From NCBI GenBank assembly GCA_001687465.1, contig LVLI01000336.1:1-64000 (forward strand): a stretch of 64,000 nt of DNA, read 5' to 3'. This document shows, piece after piece, positions 11,701 through 26,700 of this stretch (positions are counted from its first letter, which is position 1; each line of letters begins with the position of its first letter). Made by a program: the position numbers and the translations under genes. Source of the stretch: Halocafeteria seosinensis (lineage: Eukaryota). The notes under the pieces were generated by a model that was not told the origin of the DNA, made no database searches, and saw only the letters and a list, made by a program, of their open reading frames with translations.

Positions 11701-14700
11701 ATACCGCACCATATTTCCTGAGGATATCTCAGGTGGGTCGTTGACAGGTAGAACCGTGATTGGGAGAACGCGAATATCTCGCAGCGGATAAAGAACCGAT
11801 TGTCTCCACCCCAAAGACACATAACCTATCATAAGAATATCGAGAAGTTTAGGTTTGGATAGGACTGAGGAGAGTAACTCTATTTCTGCCTCTGATGCTA
11901 CTTCTGCAACTTCATCAAAAAATATTCGCTGAAGAGACGCCACGGAATAGTTTAGTCCTTTATCCACAAACCGTTCGTCGAAATGCAGACGGTCAATAAG
12001 CTGAAGCACATTCTTTTTCAGAGGACGCGGCAATGCCATCGAAAAAGTACTGTCGTCGCTGGAGAATTTCGGGTTTGCGGATCCCAACCTCTCTAGAAAC
12101 TCCGGTAACTCAGGATACTCAATTCTTGAAGAGCTGTTGGAGCCTGAAGAAGAATCGCCTATAGGACGAGTCCCTGTATTACCCAGGTCATCTACTTGAA
12201 ACACAATCTGGTCGTCCCCGCTATAATGCAAAGGAGGTCTGTAGATCAGTTGACTCAAGGCAAAATTTACTATCGCAAGCGATCCGCGCACCTTCAGCAC
12301 CTTATCAAGAATTCCATCGCCCAGTTCCATCATGGAAAACAGGGGCAACTCAATCCCTTCAAACCAGTTAGCCCCTAGTCCAACATATCCATGCTTCACT
12401 TCTACGGTCAGCTCTATCATATTTAGAGCATGCAGGTCGCCAGTTTCATTCCCGTTATCTCTAGGAGAGACCTTCGCTCCAGTGTAGTGGGGTGGACTTG
12501 CTCTCCAGTTGTCAGCGGCATCAACATCGCGCACACTTATGCCTCTAATAATGGTGACCTCATCTTCCCTCACCTTGAACGGTTGAGTTGAGTTAACCTG
12601 GTAAGACAAACGATCACCTGTCATACAGTCAATAATGCCAGTCTCCCCAGGCAATGTTAGCACTGGAGGGTCATTCACTGGAGCTACTTCGATCAGAATG
12701 AAGTCCAATGACGGATTTGCAAGTACGTTGCTTGAAGTGCTATTTATACCCGGAGGTTCAATGCTCTCCGGCGTTTGATGCACATCCCTGGGAAGGGCTG
12801 TTCTCAGTGAAAGTAACGTTTCCATTAGAGGACTTCCAAAAAACTGTCTAACAAACGCACTTGCTTTTGCTTCTTTCGTTACATTTTCCGCGCTGAAGTC
12901 CTCCAGAATCTCTTCTTCAGCCTCTATGGACCCATTTACGAGTGCTTCAATATACACCCCTATCAGTGGTTGGAGTTCGTTGTCACTCATCACAAGAAGG
13001 TACTCGTAACCAGTCGAGTTGACGAGATAGTTGTCATTCTGTGGCGGGTGGTAGACGATTTGATCCAACACTGAGTTGACAGCCGAGATTGTGCCGTTCA
13101 GTACGAAAAACCTGTCGTAGAGACCTGTTCCATATACGAGATTAACTTCCCCAACTAGTTTTTTGCTGACCGACACAAAACCGCGAAGGCACAGGACAGA
13201 GGCGTTTATGACAGGCTCCGGTACTGTACCAGCAATAAGCTGAGGGTCCAGAACTGATATCCCAGTTATCAAAGCTGAAGTATCTTCCAAGACTGATAAT
13301 ACTGTCGCCGGAACTTCGACGCGAGGAGCATCAAATGTTGGAAGTACATCAATGGCTATTACTTTCGTAGTAAGTTTAGCCAACTTCTCGGTGCCAACGT
13401 TTCCATTATCAGAAACAGTTACATTCACAAGCGCCCGCCCGAAGAATTGGATATTTCCACGGAAGGAGAGGGTAGGGAGAGCTTTGTTCAAACTGTGGAT
13501 TGAACCACGAAGAAGCAGCCTACTTGCACCAGGCGCAGAGGCAACATCCCGGTAGCCACTCTGGAAACTTTCACTCAGATCTTCCGTCAGGGCCTGTTGC
13601 GAAAACTGGAAGAAGTCGGTGGACCCCTGACTACTTACCAATAAGCCCTCCATTGAGGTTATTTGGAGGCTACCAACTTGACAAGAAATCTCCACGGTCA
13701 GTTGAAGGAAGGAATCCTCGGGACATATATCGGGATCTACCAGGAAGAGATCTTCGATTTGGTGCTGCTCATTTTCGCCGGCTGTTCGTGGAGTCCGTAC
13801 TCGGATTTCTGGTGCATTATTCACTGGCTCTATGTTCACAGCAATCGAGCCGAAAGAAGTACCAGTAGAATTCCTGTCTCCACCAACAGACCGAAGGAAC
13901 TTACGGAAAGCTGCGGAGGTGGGTAGGCGGTCTACTTCAGGATTAAGCAAGTCGCTGCCGGTTTGCCCCTTATCGTCTAAGAAAAAGAATATGTCATCCC
14001 TCCCATAATAGAACTGTGGAGCTTTGTACTGAATTCGTTTTAGAAACTTGTTTAGGCGTTGTATCGACCCTTTTAAGGTAAGTGCACTTCGGCACCCCCT
14101 GGATGTCCTGGGAGATAGACAATGGCGTTCGGTCTCAAAAGGGCAGCTTTCTCCCTCTCCTGCGACTGAGACGCTTCCTAGGTTAGCTTGCACAAACAAG
14201 TCTAATGGCTGTGCGCCACTGTCTTGGTCACTGACTGATATGTTTCCAAGTGCTGTGGTGAAATCTTCAAATACGGTGCGAGACAAACCGCCTAAGAATT
14301 CAATCTCTGGCTTCGTATTTAGCTGCACTGAATACAAGCTTACTCGCGTAGACGCATTTCTGCTGAACGTTTGGAGCTGTTCCAGGACTACTGTCGAGGA
14401 CGATAGTACAGTTGAGTAAAGAGGATCATCGGTTGCACCTGTGTATCCGAAGTCTGATAGTTGGATAGAGGCGATGCCTACGCCGGACCACCTTGGTTGA
14501 GGACGATAAACTAGAGTCGCCAGGGCATGCAGAACATTTTTAGGTGCACCATACACGAAAACCGAGTCGGGACCTTCATCTGCTCCAATGAGATGTGGCA
14601 TAGATAATGTCCGCCGACAGACCCTCCCAGTTGTTACACCACTACAAGAACCCACCTCACTCGAGAAAAGCGGAAAACGGTCATTCGTAGGTGCTTCCAA

Positions 14701-17700
14701 GTCCGTCCCTAAGTTACCTGTGTCGTCCTCTGCATTCCAGGCAAAGCGTCCCTTCAAAGTATCGGAAAGCCTCGTGACCTCAATCCTTGCGCCTTCGTGC
14801 TGTGGAGTTAAGAGGGTCGCATCAGGGGTAAGAATCCGTGAAGCGAGCTTATATTCTTCCAGGAATACAATATACCAGGTATGTGCACCGACAGCGTCTT
14901 CTGGTTGCCGAAATACCATAAGAGTTCCGATGTCAAGTGCTTCCGAACGAGCGCCAGCGAGTGCCGTTAGAATAAGCATCATGTCCTGCGGCTCTATAGA
15001 AGACGACAGAGGAGGTGTAACATCCTGGCCAAAACCTAGCGTGAATGTTCCACTGACTGGTTGAGGTGCTGCAACGCTCTCTGATATTCCGATTGCATTT
15101 TTGCCTTTCAACCTCGAGCCATCTACGGTTAGCAAGGGTAACCAATATGGGGCATCTGCAAAACGTATCGTATAGACCTGTTGTGACATGTTCGCCTCTT
15201 TTGTAGCTGATATCTTAATGGCTTGGAGCTGGCGGATGACATAAGGGTTGCGAATTGTCGATATCAGCTCTTTTAGAAGCAATCCAACGTGGTACTCCAG
15301 GGACTCCTCTTCTGGTACATACTGGCTTGCCGTGGAAATGTTCCATTCAAGGGGTTCGCTTTTCGTTACTATGGATCCTATGGAGAAACCAACGCTAAAC
15401 TGTCCCCTCAAGTTTGCGTGCGGTGTGTCTGATGGGTTGAAATCTGCCCTCAGTAATATCGTTTGGACTGTCGGGAACATTCGCTTTTTAGTGGTAACTG
15501 CATCCACACGGGGGGATCCGAACCCCTCCTGGTTCATCGTTGCCTCGATACCAACACCATCCCCAGTAAGGTCACTGCCCTCGGGGACAAGCAGAGGAAT
15601 GCCAGTAAACGGGGCGATAAATGTGATAAGCCATGTCCTGATATCATATCCATTCCGCATCTCTGGGGTATTAGCTACAACATGAACGGCTTCAATCGAA
15701 CTCAGAAGCTCTAACGCGTGCTTGAGCTCCTTCGATGAAGCATCTGGGGCCAACGCGACTGTCACGTCCTGGTCGAATGACAAGTTGAAACTACCCCCGA
15801 TTCTACTTCTGTTTTTCACTACAGAAGTTTCATACCCAGGTATCACGTCCGATTGATTCCACTGGAGGTCAGCAAATTCAAGTAATGGAATATCACAGGA
15901 ATTGGTCATACGTACGTTCCACTTCCACCCAAACTTCTTTTCATCTAAAGGTAGAATCGATTCCATAGTTACCCACAACATTAGACCAGGGTATAGTTTC
16001 TGTAAGCCCTCAATAGACTGAAGAAATGTTGTTCCACCATCTCCTGGAGACACTGTATACTCGTTAGCATGCGCGGCGAACGATACCTTCGATGACTTAA
16101 AGGGCCGATTACTGTCTTTGTTCTGCAATCTGAAACTCCCTTGAAGACTGGAAAACCGGCCCTGGCAAACGTGTATAGAATCGTTACATGGAATAAAAAC
16201 CGAAAACGACTGCTCCTCGTCCACAATAGGAGCGTAGATGGTGACATTCTGCACCGAAAACTTTGATACATGATGCATCCTAAGCTGCATCCCAAGAGTA
16301 TCATAAGCAGAACGATCAATATCTGGTATCGCTGGATTAATCATCTTCCCGAGTTGCATTACTTCGCCCTGGTATGCCACGCTGAGGAATTCCCCGGGAT
16401 ATATTTCACATTTACCAAAATGATGTTCCAACTCGTCCCCGCAACGCTGCTCAACGATAGTGGAGTTAACTTTATCAAGGGAGGGAGATGCCAAACCATT
16501 GAATGAAGGCGACAGATTTGTTGGAAGGACATCAATAATGGTACTGGAATAGACCATTTCCTGGTGCTGGTCGCATGAAATTTGGACTGCAAATACCTGC
16601 GGGCCATACTGTCCTGGCTCTGGAAAATATAACAGAGAAGAGAGGGTCAATTCCAGGTCCAGAGCTGTGGAAGCCATCGAATCCAAATGTATACAAGCGT
16701 CTTGACCGATCAAGCTACAATTTGTCTTCTCCGAGCTTCTGGCAAAGTGGTTGATCATAACCCCCTTTGTCACCTCTGCTTCTACGAGGCAAGTGCCCGA
16801 ATTGGGTGGGGAAAAGACAATGTGTTTGCCAATTTCTGATGTTTTTCCTTCCGTCGCTAAGAGTCTTTCGGGAATCCAAACTGCCATCGGTTCCTCAGCA
16901 CGAATTATGGAGAGGGTGGTCTCCTCAACGGAACTCTGTAGGTTCGTTCCATCTTGCCAGGCACTGACGGCAAGTGTGACCACTTGATCACATTCTTGGA
17001 AAGTTAGTTCTGCATCACTCAGAAATCTATTGAGCGCCGAAACTGTTCCCATGAGACAAAAACAATTGGAAGATTCGCAGGATGCAACTTTTAGCAGCAA
17101 GCACCCGTCGAACACTTGGACATCGGGAAGATGCAGTTCAAAGCTATCACCGCCTATGCCGTCAATTTTCACGACGTATTCATCACTTGCAGAGATTGGA
17201 GCCATGACAGTCGGTCCCCACGCATTCAAAGGAAATGCTTCCCCGCAACGTATGATGTGAGATCGGTTGCCTGTGCGGGAAACGCTAGGCCGACTATCCT
17301 GACGCAGTACCTTTGCAATAACGTGCCTCTCGCTTATAATGACACTTCGTTTGGTTTCTCCGCTTAAGTCGTCTAAGTCATCGTTTGACAACTGGAACTC
17401 CAACCGGAGGTATCTTTTGGGTGTCGTAGTTACCAAGGAGATTTCACTTTGTTGAAGAATTTCCTCGATACGAGACTGGTTGCCGCATAGTGTCCACTTT
17501 GTATCCGATATCTTCTTCCACGGATTTTGAGTCTCTGCAACTGCGTAGGCATCCAAACTACTAGTTCGGATCATGACGCTCGAGTCCATAGACACAGTGA
17601 GACAATATAACAAGGAAGAATCCACAGCATCTCCTTTGCAGAGATGAATTCCTACTGAAGTCTCCTTGTCACTGTCGGCAAGCGGCAAAGGCGACGTTTC

Positions 17701-20700
17701 CGCTTCCCAATTCACCTGCTTGAACAGCGATATGTCGTCGGTGGTGGACATTATCCAATCGACATAACAAAGCCTCACTAACGACGGTCGATCGAAGACG
17801 AACTCTTCAGCCAAAGAATCGGACAACGTCGTAGACGGGGACTGACATGTGTTTGGGAGGGATGCAGTCGTCCAATTTGCGGTTATGGCTAGAGTTAGAG
17901 CTCTGACGCCATGTGAGGGAACCACTTCAACGCACTGGAGAGCTTTCTGGGCAAACACAGCGTCGCCAACCAACCAATGCTCAGCGCGTGGCTCATCGAA
18001 TCGACTCAGGGGAATGGAAAACTTCATCCCTTCCGCGCAGTGAAGCCTGACAATCCCGTTTTGCGCGAAGATGGCTAGAGATACTTTACTACTTTCCAGT
18101 GCAGTAGAGTTCGATGGAGTAAAAACCTGATTATCGCTTGATCGACCAACCATCCGCAACTCTGGGTTAAAGTCTTTTAGGAAAATGCTTCTTGAAGAAA
18201 CAGTTTCTCTAAAACTTACACCCCAGCTTAGATCTAGACTCCAGTTCACGCGAGGTAAACGAAAGAAGGAGAGCTGTGTTCGCACCGAATCCACCTCGAG
18301 GATGATTCGAGCCCACTGTAGATATGGACTCAGCACGAATGTATGCTGCTGCAGAAGATGGTTCAAAACTTCTACTGTTCCTGAGTGACGGAGCAATGAG
18401 TTTGACCTCGTAGAATTGCGGACCGAAGGACTGCCAAGGGAACAATTAAAGCAGGTCAGTCGCATATCAAACACACGAGATTGAAAACAGCTCAGGGTTT
18501 CAATATGAGGCATGTCAATATGGGTTGCGTCGCAGACTGTTTGGTTATCTTCCGCTTGAGAAAAATGAACCCGTTTCGGGGCGTCGAGGCTTTCAATGCT
18601 GATTGTGGTTTCATTTGTCACTTCTAAATCTCCTCTCCGTAGACAAATGGTGGCGATGATTTCTGACACATTCCCGCATGCAATTAAAAGCGGTTCCGCT
18701 CGCACAACCAATGACCCTACTACAGTATTGAGCATATCAAGCGCACCCTTCAGGAAGAGCCGGGATGCTACTCTACCATCAAACATATGTAAAGAAGAAA
18801 CGTTCCTACCAGATTCGTTAGTGCCATGCACGACCACTCTGGGGAAGTGCAAATGATATTCAGCCTCTGGTAGCAGTTGGAAGAATGCCGAGGTGGTAGC
18901 TATCTCAAGAGAATATTCGGGCGAGTCAATTCCATCTGAAAACCAGGAATCATCTGTAAGATTCACATTGAAACGATCGCCAGCTTGCTGGGCAAAAATA
19001 CCCAGCTGAGCCGTAAAATTGTAGTTCAGTAAGACTTCCAGAGCACGTCCTAGATATTCACGCGATCTCCAGCATCCGAGCGTCCCAGTGCATGCAAACG
19101 CTTGTACTCTCACCCTATACTCTCTTGTCTTGCCAGTAACTGATGCGGAGAAGTAGATAGCAGGTATTGCGAGGGTTGAACATTGGGAATCAGTCGCACG
19201 TGGCTTCGGCCGCAGGAGGTGGACTCCAGAAGAACAAGTAACGTGCTCGAAGCCACCGAATTCAGCAATGCTAACGAGACCATTCAACGGTGTAACCTCT
19301 TGACAAACACAGCTGCTTGCAGTTAGACCTTCAACCCGCAGTGTTTGTTTGTGGGATGGAGAAAAAACAACTTCGTCGTTTCCCATCAAAGTTTTGTTCA
19401 GTTGATCGCCATCTACCGTGCTGGCCGTTACGTGGTCAAGCGAAGCAACAAAAGTTGGAGCCCCGTTTGTTGAGTTATCCTTCACCAAAAATACAGTGCA
19501 GTTCTTTGGTTGTGATCCATCATCCGTGGCCACACATAGTCGCACTGACGTTCTAGACTCCTTAGCAGACTTTACTAGCATGCTATAACATATTCCAGGG
19601 CCCAGTAGATCATTCAGCACAGCTGGTGTCAAGATGACCGTGGTGGAATCTGATACTCTTGCCATACCAGATTCATCAATAGCCGACGATAAATGCGTAA
19701 TAAACCCCAATTCTCGTCCACACCCTGGTTCTCTCTCAAATACATTGAACGTAGCTTCGGCATCGCCATCCAGCATATCTATCGTTAAAGAAATGGAAGC
19801 GCGATCCTTCTCCTTGCGGGTGGGAGACCTAGACCGAACAGAAAATCCGGTAACTCTGACGCCTTCTTTTAGATTCCCCTCTATAGTCGATCCGACTCCC
19901 GTGAAGACAGGTGTGTATCCCAAGTCTTCCCTGAGAACGGAGATGTTCTCGATAGCCGTCTCGTTAGCATCGGATATATTCACTTGGACATACGACTTGA
20001 TCACATGATCATCCAGGGTAATGTCGATTTTATTGAGACAATCATTCAATGTTGTGACATCGCCTTCGTAGAAGGACGGTTCTAAAAGTGTTGCACGGCA
20101 CTTGGGCAATGCCGCTACAACCCCTGAGGTATGGATTTGCAGTCTGAGCAACCCAGAGCTTTCTGTTGAAACACTGGCGCTTGTACTGGTCACCAAAGCG
20201 TGTGCAGATACTGTCACCACCCTTTCACTGTGAATCTGGATACGATGATATCTAGGCTGTACCTGAACTCGAATATGCTTCTCGGTCTCTAACACACCTC
20301 CTGAACCAGTGAAACCGTTATCAGAAACGTGAATCACAAGATCCACAGCCCCGCTAAACTGTGGATCAGGGACCCAAATCACAGAGCCCAACTTAGCGTT
20401 AAGTAGTGCGATTGGCGTGTTGAGGTGAATAACACTTCTGTTTTCTCCCTCGTTCCCTTCAAATCTTCCGTGATTTCCGATGATTGTCACGCTAATTCGA
20501 TTGCTTACGGAGAGTGCAGCATCAAAGTCGTCAATTTCGTAGTCATCGAAACGCAAAAAACTTCCTGGTTCCAGGACTACTAAGCTCGGTCCGGAGATCT
20601 TTGGTTCGCTATTCTTTGCCTTTACTCGGAAACACAACTCTGATGAAGTAACTGCAACCATGTCAGTGTCAACACACCTGACGGTAGAGTCTATCTGAGC

Positions 20701-23700
20701 TAGGCTTTCCAAATACGTTCCACCCCATGTGTTCTTTGCGCACAGGAGAGTTTGGAAACAATCCAGGCTAGCATTGTGGAGGTTGTTGATATACAAACCA
20801 GTATCAAGTATAGACTCGAGCGAGCTTGTATTTCCGGTTATAACCCAGTATCTTACGTTGCCCTGTTCCATCGTAATCGCATCCTCCTCAGGAAACAAGA
20901 GAGCTGCTTCCTTCGTGAGGCCTATATGCAATTCCAGTGTTGTTTGTCGCGGATTGTGCAATCGGGAATCGACAGATGCAACATCATCAAGCTCCGCGCT
21001 TACAGCCAACTGCGGGAAGAATCTGGAGAAGGTTCTCTCTAATGGCTCAAAATCGCCAGCCAGAGTGACGGAAAAATCCCCTGTCATCTTAGGTAAAACA
21101 AGCAGATTAATCGAGTTTGACAGGAGCTTGGAGTCGCCGTCTTGTATATTGTGTGCGGTCACTACAACTTGATCGGCCAAAGCTCCGGCTTGTTCTTTCT
21201 GCCATACGCTGCATTCTCCAATACACTCCATCCTGCTTATCCCTCCTAAAAAGTTTCTTTGCTCATGTGAGACGATAGTAATTGTCCACTGGCCTCTAGA
21301 CACTCCGTTTCGCTGCGCAACAACGTGAACCATGTGCAAGCTCCAAAATTTCTCCAGCTCCTCTTTCATCTCGTCGGCTCCGACGGTGCACGGCAAAGTA
21401 GCTGTAGTCTCTCCGAAGAGCTCCAATTGGAAGGGTATACTGGTGGAAATACATGCAATGTCCACTAGTGTCGGAAACAAGGCAGCCTTCCGCCCATTGT
21501 CGTCGACAGAGTGAAAACTGACGTGTTCGACCTCTCCTGTAACCGTTGTAAACGCCAGCCGAAATGTGTAAAGCCTCGGGGACTCCGCACATTGGATTGA
21601 CGCTTCTGTTAAGTTCCATGATGAAAATGCAGAAGTTGCGAGCTCTATTTCTGAGTTCAGGGTTTTCAGTGCGGTGCTGTTGCGACACAAGAGGGGAAGA
21701 TCCAAATTGAAGACCACCTGAGACGTTCCTTCTTGAGCTATCGTCAACAACGTAATATTCGAAGAGGTTTCTAAAGGAGCGACCCAGGAAAAAAGCTCAT
21801 CAACGCAGCATCGGCTCTTTACTGAAAATACCGAATGTTCCACATTCGTATCACTGAATGAGACAATGGAATGCCAGTTCGGTGGAGCCAAATAGCGTAG
21901 ATTCCTCAATAGAGTATTGATTGTATTGAGCGGGCCGGCTATAGGCAGGGTTCGTGTCGGCTGGCGTTCATCCACTTGAACGGTGCCCAGAACACATCGC
22001 ACCGTAACGTTCCAGTAGTTCAAGTGCTCCGGTTTAGTATCCGAATACAGCGATACCATATCCAGAATGTTATCCAATGGAAAAGGGTCAACAACGGCAG
22101 TAGACACTAATGGCGAACTTTCCACCGTCGTTTCGTTTCCACCACGTAGCACCTGATATTGTATTGAATAGGGGAATCCTTTGTCCTTGATGATTAACGC
22201 AGCGACCTTTGGTCGCCAATGCATATCAGTTTGTGCAGTGGCTCCTGCACTTAGATCTCCTATCGTAATGTTGACGTCGATCCCAGGATAGCGTTCAACT
22301 TTTCCTACAGCTGGCAAGTAGTACAACAAGCGAGCCGTGGGAAAGCTTGCCTCTGTCAAATACAGTCTAACAGCATGAGAAGTTGACCAGCCGGGGGGGA
22401 TGGAAAGACTAGGAGGAGCACCAGCGCTGGTAGTGGCTATGCTACTGACCCGAAATATATATCCGTAGTTCGAGTCGTCGTTAATAGTATACCTCTCAAC
22501 TCGAAGGGTACATGACCTCGAGCTGGCAAATACTCTCCCCTCGTCACCAATGGTAATGCGGGAATGGCTGTTGAAAGCCGATGCTAACCTCACAGCAGTC
22601 GATGATGGGTGCACTGTACTCTCAGCTCCTGTGTTGCAATCATACGTAGGAATACGCTCTGAGGGTTTCCACTTTCCTGGGCGGATGACTCTACTACTCC
22701 AGGCGGAAACATCGAAACCTGACACATGGAGCTCCATAATTGCAGGCTCGTCCGCAAGTAAGGCTTCCAAATCATCTTTATAGCTAACTTCCACAGACGT
22801 AAAATGCTGCAACAACTGAACACGGTAGTTATTCAAGGTATCCTCAATGTTACCAAGGTCGAAAGTACTTGTCGGAAAGAAAACTCTCCAAACAGCAGCC
22901 CGTAACTCCATCCACCTAGGCAAATTGTGCTCGGCATTCCAACACATTCTTGCATCGGCTGGAGTACTGCATATCTTCTCGTTTTCGATCACGAACTTCG
23001 TTACAATCGTATCTCCAAGCGGTAAGCATCCATCCTTCATCAGGCAATCATGTGACAGCTCGTTGAACTTGTCGAGCTTCAGCCTGACATCATTCGCCGA
23101 GTCTGATGGTCTGAGTTTGAACAGATGCCGTTCGTGGTGGTTTTGAGCGAGTGTAGCACCGACATTAACCGTGTTGTCTCTTGAAGCGGTCGACAATGTG
23201 CACTCCCCACTTTCTCCAATGCTTTCAAGGATTGACCGTTGGTTGGCCGAGCTAGTGATGGTAAACACTAACCTTTCTGGCGTGGCGGAAACTACTAACT
23301 CTGTGTGTTTTAGACTCTCAGTCATCCATGCCTTGATTTCCTCTGTGGTTGTTCCATTCCTAATTGTGAGTGTATTGTTAGAGTTCCGTAAGCGAAATAG
23401 TGTACAATCAGAATGGTGATGATATAACTGCAGCTCGTACAGCCGGCAGCTCGTGCAATTCAGAAAGGCAATCTCCAGCAGCCGAGACGAGAGTGTTTCC
23501 ATGGGTAACTGCTCCCTCTGCGTGACGGAGATGTTAGAGCACGAAAAAGAGGACAGTTCGAACGGCACAACATTGGATTTAGGCTGGTGGATTTCAAGCT
23601 CCTGCGTTTTCCGAACAGAGCTTTGCATTTCACAAGATGAGCCATCGGAACCATTACGAACCATCAGCGTCGTCGATTCAGGGATGCTTAATTGGAGAGT

Positions 23701-26700
23701 CCATACTCCTGTTCCTGTGGTAGTATTGAGCCAACGGAAGTGGGCGGAGCCGAACTTGTGCCTAGGCCCTAATTTTTCTAACGACCGAGCCATAGACCAA
23801 AGTGTGTACGATGTGAGCTCAACTTCTGCGGGAAATACGAGCGTAGCCGATCCGTGGTCACTCTCTATTCCCACAAGACATTGAGCTGCAATGTCGCCTC
23901 GGGTACGATGCACGGAAACAGTGACTGTTGAGTATGGGCGACATATGGAGAAACCAGACGCTGAATTCGTTTGAGAGAGCGATACATTGGAATCAAACGA
24001 CAACATTTTAAGTTTTTGGTACATATCTGCAGCACTCCCATTCCATCCTATTCTCAATGAGTCTACGAGTAAACCGACATCATCTCCTTCTTCATCGTCA
24101 GCTATGCAGTTTACCCTTTCAACGTGTATACCGTTCAATCGACGATTCAGCCTGCTCACGGCCATCTCGTAGGTATCATTTACCTCTCCGAACGCTATCG
24201 TGCTTTGAGATTCGGATAGAATGATTCCAGATTGGACAGTGAAATGAGCTGAGATGGCTTCGGTTGGTTTGTTGGTCTGGCCAAAGTCGATAACCGGCCA
24301 ATTCAACACTGGTGAAGTATTCGTTGCATTTGCCCAACTGACTGTAAAAGTATTCACGTCATATGGTTTAAGTAGTAACCGAATAAGTAGCGAATCACCC
24401 AGAGCCTCTGTTGAATCCCCAGAGAACGCGTTATCGCTAACACTGACGTTCAAATAGCTTGAGTTATCATAATGTTCCGGAAAGTAAAACATGAAGTTCG
24501 GCCAGCTAAGCATCCCATTAAGTGAGGTAATAGTGCCATTTATGCAAAGATCATTACCATGAAAGTATCCGTCTTTTGTAACCGGTTCTTCAAACATCCA
24601 AATACCTGAAACTAGTAAACGATCTAGAGCAACAGCAAAATGTACTTCGGCAGTTGTTCCAAAACATAGTGTCCAGTGCTCGAGATACTGTTGTTCTACA
24701 TCTACGTCATCAACCTGGATGCCAACAAGACTCGCCGCTTGAGCCTCCCCTACTAGAATGTCTTCAGGACCAGAGAGTAGCGGACGATCGTTGATCCATC
24801 GAATTTCGAGCAGAATCTGCACGTTCGAACAATGCTGCTCTAAGTCGTGTTGCCACTCTCTTTGCATCGAACAACCTCTAACGTGTACTTTAGGGGGAGC
24901 AGCTGTCGTTGCCGGGGTCCAACGCCTACCGCCTGAGTCGTGAAACCAGACGAAGTTGTCGTCCGGAACTATCCAAATATTCCTTAGTAAATCATTCAGT
25001 TCAGCTTCACGACTTTCACAAAGGACGATACTGCCATTAGTATGGCATAACGACTGGTTTTTAGGTTGTATAATTGTAGCTCCGGTCGGGTGTATTGCTA
25101 GTCGCCACCATTGATCGCCACTTACAGAATTCACTCTCACAATTCCAAATGGTGCAGCTTCGTCTTCTTCCAAGGAAAAGACATTCTGCTCCCCAAGTGA
25201 CCTAAGGCTTTCAGAAGATTCCATATCCACATAAAGCTCGCTCTTTCTCTTATTAGAAGCAACAGAGCGAATAGTTAGCGAAGGAAGCTGACGAATATCG
25301 CCGGAATCGCTTGCCAACCACCGGTAAATCATCGAGATGGTACCTTCCCTTTTTCCGCTCTCAATCGCCATTTTCAACGTCGACAAAGATGCGCTAACGT
25401 TGCTGAAAGTTCCAAAATATTCCATGACTGGGAACGAAATTTTGGTATCTGAAGCCCTGGTACCGGCTTCACACTCTCTCAGGAAGACGATGTTCGAGCT
25501 CCTAATTTCAACGGCCACAGGATGTTCAAGTAGAATAGGAGATGAAGCCTCAGGCAAGTGCAAGACCGGTCCTTCGAAAGACTCGTGTTCAGGTATCTCT
25601 AGGAACCTACGTGACGAGCCACGAATTAAAATTTCAGGAGTGACGAATTCAGGAGTAACAAAAATTGTCAATCGGTGGTGCGCTATAACTTTGCCACCCG
25701 ACAGGACTATAATGTCAACGTTATCCACCTCCGTTTCAACACGATAGTGTGCGTAACGCAAGCGTTGAAACCAACTTGATATCTCAGTCCCAGTTCCTTG
25801 GAAGACACCTTTCCTAGTCATGGTTAGTTGGCCACCAGGCTCATTGTCAGAAAACGTACTCCCTATTTCTCCTTTGGCGACAGCCCATTCAACAGTGAAC
25901 GTAGACGTGTACAGTGGGAATGTAACGTTAAGAGACAGTTCCTGGGGTATTTCGGACCCTTGAACTGTAGCTGTATCTGGAGCAAAGGTGATGTTGGTGT
26001 CCTGGGCTATGAACCTCCAGTGTACATCGATGGATGTTGATGCTGTAGCAACTGTAACACCAATAGTAGCACTCGCCTGAAGGGTGTCCGTCTTGTAAAA
26101 TGAGCACCCACAAATGACTGTACTTAAGAGTGCCGTATCCATCACTAATGACACATTCGTCCAACGGGAGTCGCTTGGTATTCTACTTCCTTCGTGAAGG
26201 GTACTGTGTTGAATAGTAACGCCTTGTAGTTTGGTACACCCAACGCTGGCATTGGTGACAGCAAAGGTCAAGACAGCAAGTGTCCGAATGGTTGGTCTGC
26301 GAACTGCAAGTTCCGAAATAGAACACGCGGAAATAGATGTCGATCCAGCAAAACCACTGTCGTCGATGCGGCTGAGGGATACTGACGAGTTAATTTGACC
26401 CCTTAGATGAAAGGAGACCATTTGTGTCGCACGCCCCAGCCACAGGGGTCTACTTTGCGGCATAATTGTTATCCAGTGATACTCCAAGGAGTTTTGGAAC
26501 GGGTTATTGATTAACCAATCCCTTCTTGAGTTGCAAGGAATATTACTGAGTTCGCTGACATATTGCTTCAGCTCATTAACTCTATGTTCTACACTGGGGC
26601 GGAAAAACAGCTGTGGGAGCTGGGAGATCACCACTGACAAGACGTCTGTTTCTTGGTGGGTTGGCAGTACACGGAATCCCTCTTTGAAAAAGATGTTGGC

